Positions 20,280-31,100 of a stretch of 64,000 nucleotides of DNA are shown piece by piece (positions within the stretch are counted from its first letter, which is position 1; the number at the start of each line of letters is the position of its first letter). Location of the stretch: IMG/VR virus record IMGVR_UViG_3300032516_000003, positions 129,341 to 193,340 of that record. One strand, given 5' to 3'. Below the pieces are notes generated by a model. The model did not search any database. It had not been told where the DNA came from and saw nothing but the letters and a program-made list of their open reading frames with translations. A program made the position numbers and the translations under genes. The stretch is from a virus.

Positions 20280-20870
20280 ATGGCTGGGACCAAGCAGTAC
20301 CAACTGGCGATCGCCGACAAGCGGCACAACCCGCTCAGCACCAATCCGAAGCACGCCACCAGCCCCAACTTCCACGTGGGGAACCTCCGGCTGATGAAGG
20401 GCCAGTGGCACACCGTCAACGAGTGGTGGTATCTCAAGAACCAGGCACTCATCAAGAAGTACCTGGACCAGGGCCAGATCGTAGTCAAGTGCCCCGACGG
20501 CAGCGTCCTGGGTCAGGGTGTGGCAGCGCCATCGCTGCCGCCCGAGGCAATGGCCATTCCGGTGCTGGTAGAGCCTACGCCTACCGTGAAGGCAGAAGTG
20601 CCAGCTCCCGCTCCAGAGTCGCTGGAGTACCCGACGGAGTACCCGACGGAGAAGTCAGAGGAGCCAGCTCCACCCGAGCTCCTGGTCAAGAAGGACGACC
20701 TCAGCGTCCTGCCGCTGAAGGAGAACAAGCTCAAGAAGCTGCAGACGATGGCTGAGACCTTCGCGCAGGTCGTGAGTATGGATGTGTCCGGCCTGGTGGA
20801 ACAGCTCAACATCTCCCCGGCGCAAGCTGAGAAGGTGTTGGCGGCTGCTCAGTCCCGGCTGGGAGGCTAG
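20280..20870 (+). CDS. Hypothetical protein (196 aa)
   Basis: GGAGG RBS. Coding composition. Confidence 0.45.
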   Translation: MAGTKQYQLAIADKRHNPLSTNPKHATSPNFHVGNLRLMKGQWHTVNEWWYLKNQALIKKYLDQGQIVVKCPDGSVLGQGVAAPSLPPEAMAIPVLVEPTPTVKAEVPAPAPESLEYPTEYPTEKSEEPAPPELLVKKDDLSVLPLKENKLKKLQTMAETFAQVVSMDVSGLVEQLNISPAQAEKVLAAAQSRLGG

Positions 20871-20872
20871 CC

Positions 20873-21163
20873 ATGCCCACAGTGGACAATCTGACACCCG
20901 AGGGCATCACGCTGATGCGGTGGCGGTCGCTGCCGAACAGCTGCGTCTGGGTCGATCCCCGGGGTCGGCAGATGCGTGACGTCCCGGCCCACATCGCCTA
21001 CAGCGACTTGGCCAAGTCGCTAGCCAACCAGGGGAGTCTGCGTATCGAGGGCTACTCCCCGCCTGGCTCGGAACCGGTGGTCCACACTCCCCACGAAGCT
21101 GTCACCAATGGTACAGTCTCTGGAGAGCGTCGGGACAAGAGGACTCGTAGGCAGGAGCGATGA
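20873..21163 (+). CDS. Hypothetical protein (96 aa)
   Basis: Tightly packed with neighbours. Confidence 0.35.
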   Translation: MPTVDNLTPEGITLMRWRSLPNSCVWVDPRGRQMRDVPAHIAYSDLAKSLANQGSLRIEGYSPPGSEPVVHTPHEAVTNGTVSGERRDKRTRRQER

Positions 21164-21675
21164 CCCAGCAGCTACAGGGCCTGGATGGCATTCCTGGGGT
21201 GAGCGACACCTTCAACTCGTTCATCCAGACGGTGCGCCTCTTCATGCGGGATCACCCCCAGCTCAACCGGCTGATCAAGGGTGAGGAATCCTCAGACCGG
21301 ATGGTTGCCTGGGGCATCCTGGACTTTCTCAGCGACTTCGCGGGGACGCCTCCGGACCTGGGCTTCTTCCCGCTGGACCAGCTGCTGGAGCGCCACCTGC
21401 AGTCCTTCGCCGTGCGAGGAACTGCCTGTGCGCTGATGCAGTCGGTGGGCATCCTGATGACCAGGAACCACCTTCCCTTCTCCGACGGCGGGATCTCCGT
21501 GGCTGTCAACGACAAGGCGCCGCAGATGATGGCCTGGATCCGCGACATGCAGTCGAAGTACGAGCAGCAGAAGGTGCAGATCAAGGTCGCGATGAACATC
21601 AGCCAGATCCTGGGGTCATTCAGCGGATGTCACTCGGAACTATTCTTCGTGAATGGCTGGTATGGGATATACTAG
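21160..21675 (+). CDS. Hypothetical protein (171 aa)
   Basis: ATGA overlap with the upstream ORF. Confidence 0.4.
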   Translation: MTQQLQGLDGIPGVSDTFNSFIQTVRLFMRDHPQLNRLIKGEESSDRMVAWGILDFLSDFAGTPPDLGFFPLDQLLERHLQSFAVRGTACALMQSVGILMTRNHLPFSDGGISVAVNDKAPQMMAWIRDMQSKYEQQKVQIKVAMNISQILGSFSGCHSELFFVNGWYGIY

Positions 21676-21754
21676 TTTCATGTTGACAACGGACAGTCAG
21701 CTGGAGCAAACTGACTCATGGAGGTGGCATAAGCAAGCCACTAGGAGGTTATCC

Positions 21755-22684
21755 ATGGGTCGGCCACGAGTACTAGACCACGAAGAGATCGTTCGCCTGT
21801 ACCAAGAGAACAAGACCACTGAGGAGATAGGTCAACTGGTGGGCTGTAGTGGACGTCAGGTACGGGAAGTAGTGAGCAGCAGGAACATTCCAAAGCGGTC
21901 TGGGCACCGGAAGAACACGTTGGATCACGTAGCCATCATAGAGGCGTACGAGTCCGGCAAATCAGCGGAGCAGGTAGCGACAGAATTTAGCTGCTCCAAG
22001 GCCGGTGTCTGGCACATTCTCGCCTTGCATGGTGTGCCTACCAGAGAGGGCGCCAAGCGCCACACCACACAAGAACGGCTCGGCTTCGAGCCTACTGTTG
22101 TGTGGTTGCAACGCGAGCTGGACAAGCACCAGACCGCCGCTGCAGTAGCTAGGGCCAATGACATCCCCTACGGCACCTTGATCGAGTGGATGATGAAGCT
22201 AGGAGTAGGGCGTCCAGTCTGGCGTGGTGGGCCGGGTCCGGCAGGCAGTCCTGTCAGGCAGGACATCCCGATCAAGGAAGCCATCGAGCTGTCTAAGAGT
22301 GGGGTGGTCTACCGGGTGCTGGCCAACAAATACAATGTTTCCTACGGTGTGATCGTGCGTCGTATGAAAGAGGCTAGTCACCGGGCACCAAGGGACAAGC
22401 ACCGCAAACACCCGACTGACGTGCCCTATGCCAATGCGCCGTACCAGCACCGCAAGATCATGCACGAACTTGGCATCATCAAGTGTGAGATCTGTGGTGA
22501 GGGCAGGGCACTGGATTTCTGCCACATCGTGGCACGCAAGAATGGCGGACCAACCGCGAAGGAGAACTGCCTCGTGTTGTGTCCGCTTCACCATCGGCTG
22601 TACGATACCGACAAGCTGGACGTTGGCGAGAGCGCCACCATCTGCCGCAAGGTTCGTAAAGCGAGGAAGCTGTACTGTAGCTGA
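21755..22684 (+). CDS. HNH homing endonuclease with N-terminal repeated HTH modules
   Basis: C-terminal 'CEICGEGRALDFCHIVARKNGG...CLVLCPLHHRLYD' HNH motif. Three resolvase-like HTH repeats. AGGAGG RBS before the ATG at 21755. Confidence 0.7.
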   Translation: MGRPRVLDHEEIVRLYQENKTTEEIGQLVGCSGRQVREVVSSRNIPKRSGHRKNTLDHVAIIEAYESGKSAEQVATEFSCSKAGVWHILALHGVPTREGAKRHTTQERLGFEPTVVWLQRELDKHQTAAAVARANDIPYGTLIEWMMKLGVGRPVWRGGPGPAGSPVRQDIPIKEAIELSKSGVVYRVLANKYNVSYGVIVRRMKEASHRAPRDKHRKHPTDVPYANAPYQHRKIMHELGIIKCEICGEGRALDFCHIVARKNGGPTAKENCLVLCPLHHRLYDTDKLDVGESATICRKVRKARKLYCS

Positions 22685-22731
22685 TCAATGGATGCCCATG
22701 CGGCATCTTTAGCTAGTAGACGGAGGCCGTC

Positions 22732-23169
22732 ATGGCAATCGTGTTCAAGCAGTTCAACTCGGCCCAGGAACTGGTCGACTACCTGAACGACATCGTGCTG
22801 ACGAAGAATCTGCCGATGAAGGTCATGGGACTCGCTGGCCTGACGCTGATCCTCACCGCCGGCACGGTCACCTTCGTCGATGCCACGGGGGAAGGTCTGA
22901 CGCTGGTGCAGATCGTGACCCAGATCAATGCGGTGGTGGCTGATGCCGTCGCCCTGCGCAACTACGGTCACATGCAGTCACCACCCCAGGGTCAGGTGGC
23001 TCTGATCAAGGCGGCTCAGGTCATCGACAAGGATGGCACGGCCAACTCGCTGCTGGGCCTGTCTACCGCGGCGGACGTCACCATCGGGGCCAACGCAGTG
23101 GCCAAGACCGACATCGCGCAGATCACAAGCGACGCCAACGGCAGCCGCTTCTCCGTGTTCCACGAGTAG
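22732..23169 (+). CDS. Hypothetical virion protein (145 aa)
   Basis: Coding composition. No recognisable motif. Confidence 0.4.
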   Translation: MAIVFKQFNSAQELVDYLNDIVLTKNLPMKVMGLAGLTLILTAGTVTFVDATGEGLTLVQIVTQINAVVADAVALRNYGHMQSPPQGQVALIKAAQVIDKDGTANSLLGLSTAADVTIGANAVAKTDIAQITSDANGSRFSVFHE

Positions 23170-23179
23170 GAGACCAGCC

Positions 23180-24808
23180 ATGAGTGAGCAGCTCTACGAG
23201 CTCCTGTCTGACGGTGACGGCATCCCGTGGATCAAGCGGGCCGAGCACTTCGTGATGCTCAAGGTGGCCTCTGGCGGCGTCCTACCCGGGGAGCTGGAAG
23301 AGTACCTTGCGCTCTGCAAGCATGCCGCCGAAGTTCATCCAGCCTCTTCTGACAAGGGAGAGGTAGCGGACGCGGCGAAGAAGGGCCTGCTCAACGCCAT
23401 CCGCAGCACGGTGTCTTCCGATGTCGCCCAGGTGCGGAAGACCGAGCGCACCCGGGGAGCCCGGGTCGGCAAGGAAGTCGGCACGGTGAGCGGGGCACTG
23501 GCTGGCCTGCTGGCCGGGCGGAGGCATGGTGTCGGCGGCGCCGCCCTGGGGGCCGCCCTTGGTGGCGTGGGTGGTCGCGGTGCTGGCAAGGTGGTCGGCG
23601 AGGAGATCGATCGAGCCAAGATCAAGAAGGACTACGACAAGAAGGGCTCGATGGAGAAGACCACCGGCTTCGACGACGACGACACGGCGAAGCTGGCGGC
23701 CGAGAAGGAGAAGCCTGACAAGCGCTACCCCATCGCGGGTGCCACGATCGGTGCTGCCACCGGGGCCACGGCCAAGATCCTCAGCAAGGCCAAGAAGTAT
23801 CGCGACGCCTCAGAGATGGCCGACATGGTCGCCTCGGGGCTAGAGAAGATCCGCCAGAGCCATCCGTCCGGCTCTCCGGCGGCAGCCGCGCTGGGTGACA
23901 AGATCACGAAGATCCGGCAGGCCGTGGGCAAGAAGCCCTCAGCTCTGCATGAAGGCGCCAAGGGTGGTGCTGTGGGTATGGTCGGGGGTCTGTTGGCTGG
24001 AGCCGGGATTGACAAGGTTCGGCGTGTGCTTCGTGAGAGGAAGATGAAGAAGCATGCCGGCATTGCCATGCCGCCTACTGGACCAGGCCCCGACGAGATG
24101 TTGTCCGAGAAGCTCCACCAGCAAGAGATGGTTCCCGATCAGGGGGCCGAGCAGCAAGTGGCGCAGGAGAATGCCCTGGGTGAGTTCCTTACTGCCCAGC
24201 AGCAGGCCAACGAGGCCGAGTTCTTCCGGCAGATGGCGGAAGAGGCCAAGTCCCAGGCCGAGATGGCTTCGGCTGAGAACCAGAACCTGCAGCAGCAGGT
24301 CGGCATGCTGCAGCAGCAGACCCAGCAGGCGCAGATGGGCGCGCAGCAAGAGTCCATGATGGCCCAGCAGACGGCCCAGCAGGCCTCGCAGGATGCCATG
24401 ATGGCCCGCAACGAGTCCATGCAGGCCCAGCAGTCGGCGATCTCTTTGCGCGCGGCGGTCACCAACTACCGCCAGGCGCTGATGGATCTGCTGGCGCAGG
24501 ACCCGACGCAGCAGGTCCCGCCGCCAGTACCACCGCAGGGACCGATGCCTCCCGGCCCAGGGGCTGCCCCCGGCGCCGCGCCTGGAGCTCCTCCCGGAGC
24601 GCCTCCGGCTGAGGCCGGCCCACCGCCTGGACCAGAAGCGGGTGGACCCCCGGCGCCGGCAGGAGGGCCACCAGAGATGATGGCTCCGCCCCCGATGCCT
24701 GGCATGCCGCCGGCAGGTGGGCCTCCCATGGGTGGACCCCCGGCGCCACCAGCTGAGCCCAAGGCTCCCGCGGCTCCCAAGCCCAAGGCCCCGGCCAAGA
24801 AGGAGTGA
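23180..24808 (+). CDS. Protein with Q-rich coiled coil and ~100-aa Pro/Gly/Ala-rich C-terminal tail
   Basis: TAGGAGACC RBS. Start adjusted from ORF 23033 to the in-frame ATG at 23180. Glycine-zipper-like N-terminal segment. Confidence 0.5.
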   Translation: MSEQLYELLSDGDGIPWIKRAEHFVMLKVASGGVLPGELEEYLALCKHAAEVHPASSDKGEVADAAKKGLLNAIRSTVSSDVAQVRKTERTRGARVGKEVGTVSGALAGLLAGRRHGVGGAALGAALGGVGGRGAGKVVGEEIDRAKIKKDYDKKGSMEKTTGFDDDDTAKLAAEKEKPDKRYPIAGATIGAATGATAKILSKAKKYRDASEMADMVASGLEKIRQSHPSGSPAAAALGDKITKIRQAVGKKPSALHEGAKGGAVGMVGGLLAGAGIDKVRRVLRERKMKKHAGIAMPPTGPGPDEMLSEKLHQQEMVPDQGAEQQVAQENALGEFLTAQQQANEAEFFRQMAEEAKSQAEMASAENQNLQQQVGMLQQQTQQAQMGAQQESMMAQQTAQQASQDAMMARNESMQAQQSAISLRAAVTNYRQALMDLLAQDPTQQVPPPVPPQGPMPPGPGAAPGAAPGAPPGAPPAEAGPPPGPEAGGPPAPAGGPPEMMAPPPMPGMPPAGGPPMGGPPAPPAEPKAPAAPKPKAPAKKE

Positions 24809-24811
24809 TCG

Positions 24812-25501
24812 ATGAGCAACTTCCTGAAGAAGCTGTACGACGAAGAGATGTCTAAGGTGGGCTCGACCGAGTTCTCCTCGATCATGGAAGCCCTACCACG
24901 CACGGAGCTGGAAGACTACCTCGGCCTGGGCAAGCGCGCCTCCGAAGAGCAGCCTTCAGATGATGAGAAGCGCAAGATGCAGGCCGGTGCGAAGGCCAAG
25001 CCGGAGGCCAAGGGCCAGGATGTGGAGCCCGAGACCAACCTGCAGGCCAAGCAGGCATCGGTCCAGCGGGTGCTCGGAGTGATGCAGAAGCTGGCTGTCG
25101 GTGGCCCGCCCGAGGTCCCGCTGCCTGACTCGGCCAAGGGTCTCCAGGCCAAGCAGGACGCCATCCACAAGGGAGTCCAGTCTGGCGAGGGCCAGAAGGT
25201 CACCGTGCCCGTCGACCACCAGGGCCCCGGCAAGGAGGCCATCGAGGTCGAGCGTGGCGGCAAGAAGGTCACCACCACCAAGACAGCCATGGCCTGGGCC
25301 GACGACATGGGCCGCAAGCTGGCCGCGGCCAAGCTCAAGACGGCCTACGGGCCTGAGCCGGCCGAGCAGCAGGGCAGCACAGTCGATGCCACCGAGAAGG
25401 CCAAGGTTGCCATGATGGCCTTCCAGTCCACGCGCCACGCTCCTGAGAACATCCAGCAGGCGGCGATCAAGCTGGCTGGCATGAAGATCGCTGGAGCCTA
25501 G
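24812..25501 (+). CDS. Hypothetical protein (229 aa)
   Basis: Coding composition. Confidence 0.45.
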   Translation: MSNFLKKLYDEEMSKVGSTEFSSIMEALPRTELEDYLGLGKRASEEQPSDDEKRKMQAGAKAKPEAKGQDVEPETNLQAKQASVQRVLGVMQKLAVGGPPEVPLPDSAKGLQAKQDAIHKGVQSGEGQKVTVPVDHQGPGKEAIEVERGGKKVTTTKTAMAWADDMGRKLAAAKLKTAYGPEPAEQQGSTVDATEKAKVAMMAFQSTRHAPENIQQAAIKLAGMKIAGA

Positions 25502-26403
25502 TGCCCAACCTCGCCTTCAAGAACCTCCTCGTGAGGTCCTTCTCCCTCGATTTCCAGGAGTTCACCTGGGAGATTGAGGACACGGATGTCGATCCCCACG
25601 ACTTCCTGTGCTACATCCTGCGCAGTGAGTCGCCGATGGGCCCGTGGGATATCATCGCCGGGCCCTTCGAGGACAAGTACCGCTTCGTCGACAACCGCGT
25701 CAACCTGCTGCATCGGTGGCGCCAGATCTACTACCGGGTTCGCAGCGTCCGGAAGGCAGACGTCACCGATGTCGCCGAGTCGGAGGCCGCCACTCAGACC
25801 GCCGAGCCGGACCTCATCGCGGAAGAGATCCAACGACTGGAGCGACTGCTATGGCAAGAGTTCTCCGGACGTCGCTGCTTCATCTTCCCGGCCCGCAGTT
25901 TCGGGCAGCGGTGCGGCAACTGCTACGACGGGCCCGACAAGGGCCGGGGCTTCACCTCTCAACGGCGACGCTCGAACTGCTTGACCTGCTACGACACGGG
26001 TTTCGTGCGGGGCTACTTCGATCCGATCGAGATATTCATGCAGATCGATCCGTCACCCAACACCATCCAGAACCTGCCCATTGCCGAGCGGCATACCCAG
26101 GACACCAGTGCCCGGCTGCCGAACTTTCCCATCGTCAAGCCCCGCGATGTCATCGTTGAAGCCGAGAACAAGCGGTGGCGGGTGGTGAGGGTGACGGCGA
26201 CGGAGCGGCTGCGGTCGGTGGTTCATCAGGAGCTGATCCTCCACGCCATCAACATTGGGGACATCGAGTACCAGCTTCCCATCCGACTCGACAATCTGCG
26301 AGACTTCGAGCCAAGCCCGGTGCGCAACTTCATCAATGCCCAGAACCTGGAGAGCTTCGAGAACGAGGCCCTTCGTCATGCACTGGTGATCTATGGACCA
26401 TGA
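25501..26403 (+). CDS. Hypothetical neck/head-completion candidate (300 aa)
   Basis: Position between head and tail modules. Confidence 0.4.
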   Translation: MPNLAFKNLLVRSFSLDFQEFTWEIEDTDVDPHDFLCYILRSESPMGPWDIIAGPFEDKYRFVDNRVNLLHRWRQIYYRVRSVRKADVTDVAESEAATQTAEPDLIAEEIQRLERLLWQEFSGRRCFIFPARSFGQRCGNCYDGPDKGRGFTSQRRRSNCLTCYDTGFVRGYFDPIEIFMQIDPSPNTIQNLPIAERHTQDTSARLPNFPIVKPRDVIVEAENKRWRVVRVTATERLRSVVHQELILHAINIGDIEYQLPIRLDNLRDFEPSPVRNFINAQNLESFENEALRHALVIYGP

Positions 26404-26893
26404 ACAGATGAGAGGGTTCTTCGACGAGCTCGAAAAGATCGGGATGTCAAAGAACGTGGCCAAGCAACTGGCCCGTATTGCCGATCTGCCGAGCGCAGTG
26501 GGCAAGAACATCAGCCCGATCAAGCTGAAGGCAGTCAAGTCTCGGGTGGCTGCTCGTGAGCTGGGGCAGCAGGCATCCACGGAGCTCGCCACGGCGAAGA
26601 AGCTCGGCCTGCCTGCTCAAGTTGCGGGACAGGCCGAGGGTCAGCTGCCGAAGATCTACGCTGGGGACCCAGCGCACATATCGTACGGCCCACGACAGCA
26701 GCTGGCCGCCAGTGCCGAGAGCGCGCAGTGGGGGCGTGAGGCGCGGAATTTCAGCCGGCCAGCCATGGAGGGTAAGGTCAGGACGTACCGTAACCTCCAG
26801 CCGAGGCAACCGGGCTACTTCGGGGCACCGATGTCCAGTCCCAACCTGGATTCGAATGCGGTCCGAGACGCTGCCTATGGAGCCCACGGCTAA
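26393..26893 (+). CDS. Protein with N-terminal 'FFDELEKIG' motif (166 aa)
   Basis: Paralogous N-terminus with ORFs at 16884 and 26893. Confidence 0.45.
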   Translation: MDHEQMRGFFDELEKIGMSKNVAKQLARIADLPSAVGKNISPIKLKAVKSRVAARELGQQASTELATAKKLGLPAQVAGQAEGQLPKIYAGDPAHISYGPRQQLAASAESAQWGREARNFSRPAMEGKVRTYRNLQPRQPGYFGAPMSSPNLDSNAVRDAAYGAHG

Positions 26894-27315
26894 TGCTGCC
26901 CGCGGCCACATACGATAGCTTCTTCGACGAGCTGACGAAGATTGCAGCAGCTCAGGAGTACCTGCAGGAACGCGGCTTCGAGCAGGAGAAGAACTCTGAT
27001 GGCGTCCCGGAGCGCCAGGGCTTCATCACCAAGAAGAAGCTCAAGCAGCTGGCCATCATGCTCCCAGTGGCGGCCGCCGGCGCTGGTCTGGGCGTGGCTT
27101 CCGGTAAGGCAATTCGCGGCTACTTGAGAAGCCCTCATGCAGCCAAGTCACTCCTGGCATTCGAACGGCAGCACCCCAAGGTGGGGCCCCTCCTGGTTCG
27201 TGGCGTGCCTCCAGCGGCCCTGGCAGCGGGCACTCTGGCAGCAGGCCTCGGGGTCATGAGGACCAAGAAGGTGAAGGACTGGATCGAGGGACGGCATGAA
27301 GGCGCCCGACCCTAG
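26893..27315 (+). CDS. Protein with N-terminal 'FFDELTKIA' motif (140 aa), C-terminal TM/glycine-zipper
   Basis: Third copy of the motif. Confidence 0.45.
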   Translation: MLPAATYDSFFDELTKIAAAQEYLQERGFEQEKNSDGVPERQGFITKKKLKQLAIMLPVAAAGAGLGVASGKAIRGYLRSPHAAKSLLAFERQHPKVGPLLVRGVPPAALAAGTLAAGLGVMRTKKVKDWIEGRHEGARP

Positions 27316-28135
27316 CAGCTCGATTCCCAGCGCTGATCCGCTGGAGATGTCGTGGCTCAACGACCCGTTGAACTACGCCATCAAGTGCTTCATTGCCTTC
27401 TTGCAGACCATCTTCGAGAAGGCTCCACAGCGGGCCTTCCACTGGAGCTCGGACTTCAAGATCACAGAGATTGTGATCACGGAGGAGAACCCAGTCAACG
27501 TGGAATCCATCGAGCGCAAGCCAGTCATCTCGGTGGTCGAAGGCCCCGTCCGGTTCAGTGGCACCAGCCTCGATGAGATGGTCAAACAGGATGCAACCAC
27601 GGGGGAGGAGTTCCATACGGACCTTCTACCAGGTACTATGTCTCTGAACTGCATGTCGCGGGTGCGACAAGAGGCTCGGTTCCTGGCATGGATCTCGGCG
27701 CGTACCATCTGGAACCTGCGGAAGCTCTTCATCCGCGAGACCTACTTCCAGGAGGTGGGACGGAACATCACCATCGGCTCGGTGACTCCGGCCGGCGCGC
27801 TGGTGACGGGAGACACGGAAGGCGAGTGGCACGCCTGCACGGTGAGCTGCCCGTTCTTCCTCCAGTGGTCCGACACCGTTACGCCACTGACGAAAGACTG
27901 GAGCGGTTCACCGATCCAGACACTGCAGAAGATCGAAGCGAGAATCCGAACCGACGGGGGTGGAATCGCCACCAGGATGGCTCCATTACCGCGGATGCGG
28001 GAAGACCCCCGCTACTGGGGTACGCGCGCCAGGCCGCCACGCATCCGCGGGCGGTTGATTCAACAACAACAGCCCGAGCCCGAACCGGATCCGAGCGAGA
28101 AGAGCGAACCGATCCACCAGGGGTTCAAGGTCTAG
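27296..28135 (+). CDS. Putative tail-completion / sheath-initiator protein (279 aa)
   Basis: Immediately upstream of the sheath gene. Confidence 0.35.
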   Translation: MKAPDPSSSIPSADPLEMSWLNDPLNYAIKCFIAFLQTIFEKAPQRAFHWSSDFKITEIVITEENPVNVESIERKPVISVVEGPVRFSGTSLDEMVKQDATTGEEFHTDLLPGTMSLNCMSRVRQEARFLAWISARTIWNLRKLFIRETYFQEVGRNITIGSVTPAGALVTGDTEGEWHACTVSCPFFLQWSDTVTPLTKDWSGSPIQTLQKIEARIRTDGGGIATRMAPLPRMREDPRYWGTRARPPRIRGRLIQQQQPEPEPDPSEKSEPIHQGFKV

Positions 28136-28147
28136 TGAAGGAGGCCC

Positions 28148-31100
28148 GTGATGGCTACTGAGTTGCTGCGACCAGGCGTAGAGATCATCCAGGAGTTCCG
28201 TACGGTCAGTCCGACCGTCGTCACTCCCACGCTGGTGCCGTGCGCTGTGGGTCCGGCATTCCAGATTCTGGAGGCGTTGAAGACCGACGCCACGGGCAAC
28301 CGCGTGCTCAACACCGATGCAGTGGCCTCGGTCGCTGCGGTGCTGACGGCGGCCAACCCCGGCCTCTACACCGGGTTGGATGGCCTGAAGCTGCAGGTGA
28401 GCATCAACGGCGGGCCGACGCAGGAGTTCACCTTCTCCGACCCGACCGCGGCTGGTCTGAGCGCGGGGCAGGTGAAGGACCAGATCGCAGCGGCCACGGT
28501 GCCACCTTCTGGCTTCGGCGCCTACGTCTCCACCTTGGGTGGGTCGAGCTACCTCCAGCTCCGCTCGACGGGCTCGGGCGATGGCCAGACCCTGAAGGTG
28601 CTGACGGGCTCGGCGAACACCATTCTCGGCTTCGCCAGCAACGTGATCGCCGAGGGGTGCTCCACCTATCAGCAGGCCAAGGTGCGGATCGAGCAGCTGA
28701 TGTTCCCTGACCCACGGGGCATCATCGAAGAGCTCGACATCGACGAGGACAGCATTCGGGTCTTCATCAACACCGGGGCTGCGCTCAAGGAAGTGCTACG
28801 CACCAGCACCTTCTTGCGCAAGAAGAAGAGCTGCCGCTACACTGGTGGCATCATCTCCTTCCCGTTGACTGGCTTGACCGGGAAGAAGTTCTCCTACAAG
28901 GAAAGCGCGAACGGCACCGCCCAGACGTTCACGTTCGTTTCCGACCCGGCCGATGTGGCTGCCCTCGCGACGGCCATGAATGCCCTCATCGGCTCGACCA
29001 AGGTCTACGTCAACGGCTCGACCAAGATCGACTTCGTGAGCTCGGCTGGTCTCTTCGAGGTCGTGACGCCGGCAGCGGACACGGCCCACGCGATGATCGG
29101 CTGGACCAATGGCGCCAAGGCCTGGACGCTGGAGGTGGTCGACACGGGTGATGGCACGACCAAGTCGGTGTTCGTGATCGTGGATGAGGACAACTTCTCG
29201 GCCGCGGCCGGCGCCGCCCAGCTCCTCGGCACGGCGACCATCAGCTCGCCCATCAACGTCCACAACAAGACCCTCCAGTGTGCCGTCAATGGCGACCACG
29301 TGCAGGAGGTCATCTTCGATGGCGGCCCCATCATTCCAGGCACCGCCTTCGATGGGGTTGCGATCGGAACCCTGGTCCTCAACCTGTTGGTCAACGGCGC
29401 GGCCAAGGTGGTCACGTTCAGCACCGGTCCCGACCTGACCATCGCCCAGGCGATCGCCGAGATCAACGCCGCGGCCGGAACGACCGTATGCTACCGGTCG
29501 AACTCGACTGGCGTCTCACAGCCCACCACCGGTACGTTCATCGCCTTCCAGGTCGGGGGGGCCACGACAGTCGCTGGTGGCTCAATCGTGGCCGTCTACG
29601 CCAGCTCCACGGCCTGGGCGAAGATGGGCTTCGCCGGCACCGTTGACATCGCGCAGACCAACACCCTGACGGAGATCATCACCCAGTTGAACGCCACCTT
29701 CGGCACCGGCTTCGCGGTCAACGCGACCAACAAGCTGCAGCTCAACTCGCTGACCACGGGTGACGAGTCCAAGCTGGAGATCTTCAGCGGCACGGCCAAC
29801 ACCCTGCTCGGATTCACTCAGGGGCAGGTCGGCAATGGCGCTCCCTTCCCACCGGCCGTCGGCGATGCGCTCTACGGCGACGGCTCGCTGGTGGGCTACG
29901 TGGTCCAGGTGGCCCCTGGTGGCTACACCAACCGGCTGAAGCTCGATCGGAAGGTGGCGCTCGACTACGGTGCCGCGGCCATGTACGTCGAGGCCATGGG
30001 CCTCGTCACGCCGCTGCCAGCCAACCGGCCCACGCCGGATCTGGTGGTGGACCTGAGCGGTGCGGTCACGGTCAAGAACGACATCCTCCGCAACACCGAG
30101 GGCACGCCGATCGTGGCCACTGGCTCGCTGGTGCTCTCGTACAAGGCGCTCCGTCTGGACGTCTCGTCCGGGGCGGATGAACCGGCCCTGCTGAACCTGT
30201 CGGACACCACGGACCTGGATGATGCGCTGGAGCCGGTGAACGCCGACAACCCGCTGGCTCTGCAGCTCTACTTCGCACTGATCAATGCCACTGGCATCAC
30301 CGTGGCGGGCATCGGTGTGGATGCAGTCAGCGCGGGCAATCCGGATGGCACGCCTGAGGCCTACTCGCGGGCGTGCAGCTTCCTGCAGGCGCAGGAGGTC
30401 TACGCTCTGGCGCCATGCAGCCAAGATCCCACGGTCCACCAGATCTTCTCAACCCACGTCACCTCGATGTCGGAGCCGGACAACAAGGGCGAGCGGATCG
30501 TCCTCATCTGCCCGGAGATGCCGGGCGAGGCGATTCCGAAGCTTGCCACCAGCGGCACGGATGGCGACAGCACGGCCACGACCAACGAGTTCGACACCAA
30601 GGTTCCGTCCCTGGCCACGGACGTGCTCAACGCCGGGGTCAACCCGGTGGGCACCATCCCGGTCAGCTCCGGGCTGTACCTGACGATCACGACGAACACC
30701 AAGCGCTACAACATCAGCGCGCTCAGCAGCACCAAGATCACCATCCGGGTGGCCTTCTCCCCCGGTGAGAACGACGACGACTTCTACGCCGAGGACAACC
30801 TGCCCGGTGACCTGCTCTCCGAGACCTTCGCGATCAAGGTCCGTGGCGAGGAGCTGGTCGACTCGAACGGCAAGCCGGACTACGAGAAGATCGCACAGGC
30901 CTACCAGGACCTGGGCAAGAGCTACGGCAACCGCCGCGTCATCATGGTGGCCCCGGAGCTGGTCGGCGCCAATGTGGACGGCACCGAGCAGAAGCTCAAG
31001 GGCTACTACCTGTGCGGCGCCGTCGCCGGCATGATCGGCCGGCTGCCACCGCAGCAGGGCTTCACCAACTACCCGGTCACCGGGTTCACCCGGGTGTTCG

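Noticed and set aside
19026-20411. 461-aa minus-strand ORF antisense to the putative major capsid gene
   Set aside because: Same high-GC antisense artefact (Arg/Leu/Val/Gly-rich). The sense frame has an RBS and a terminator.
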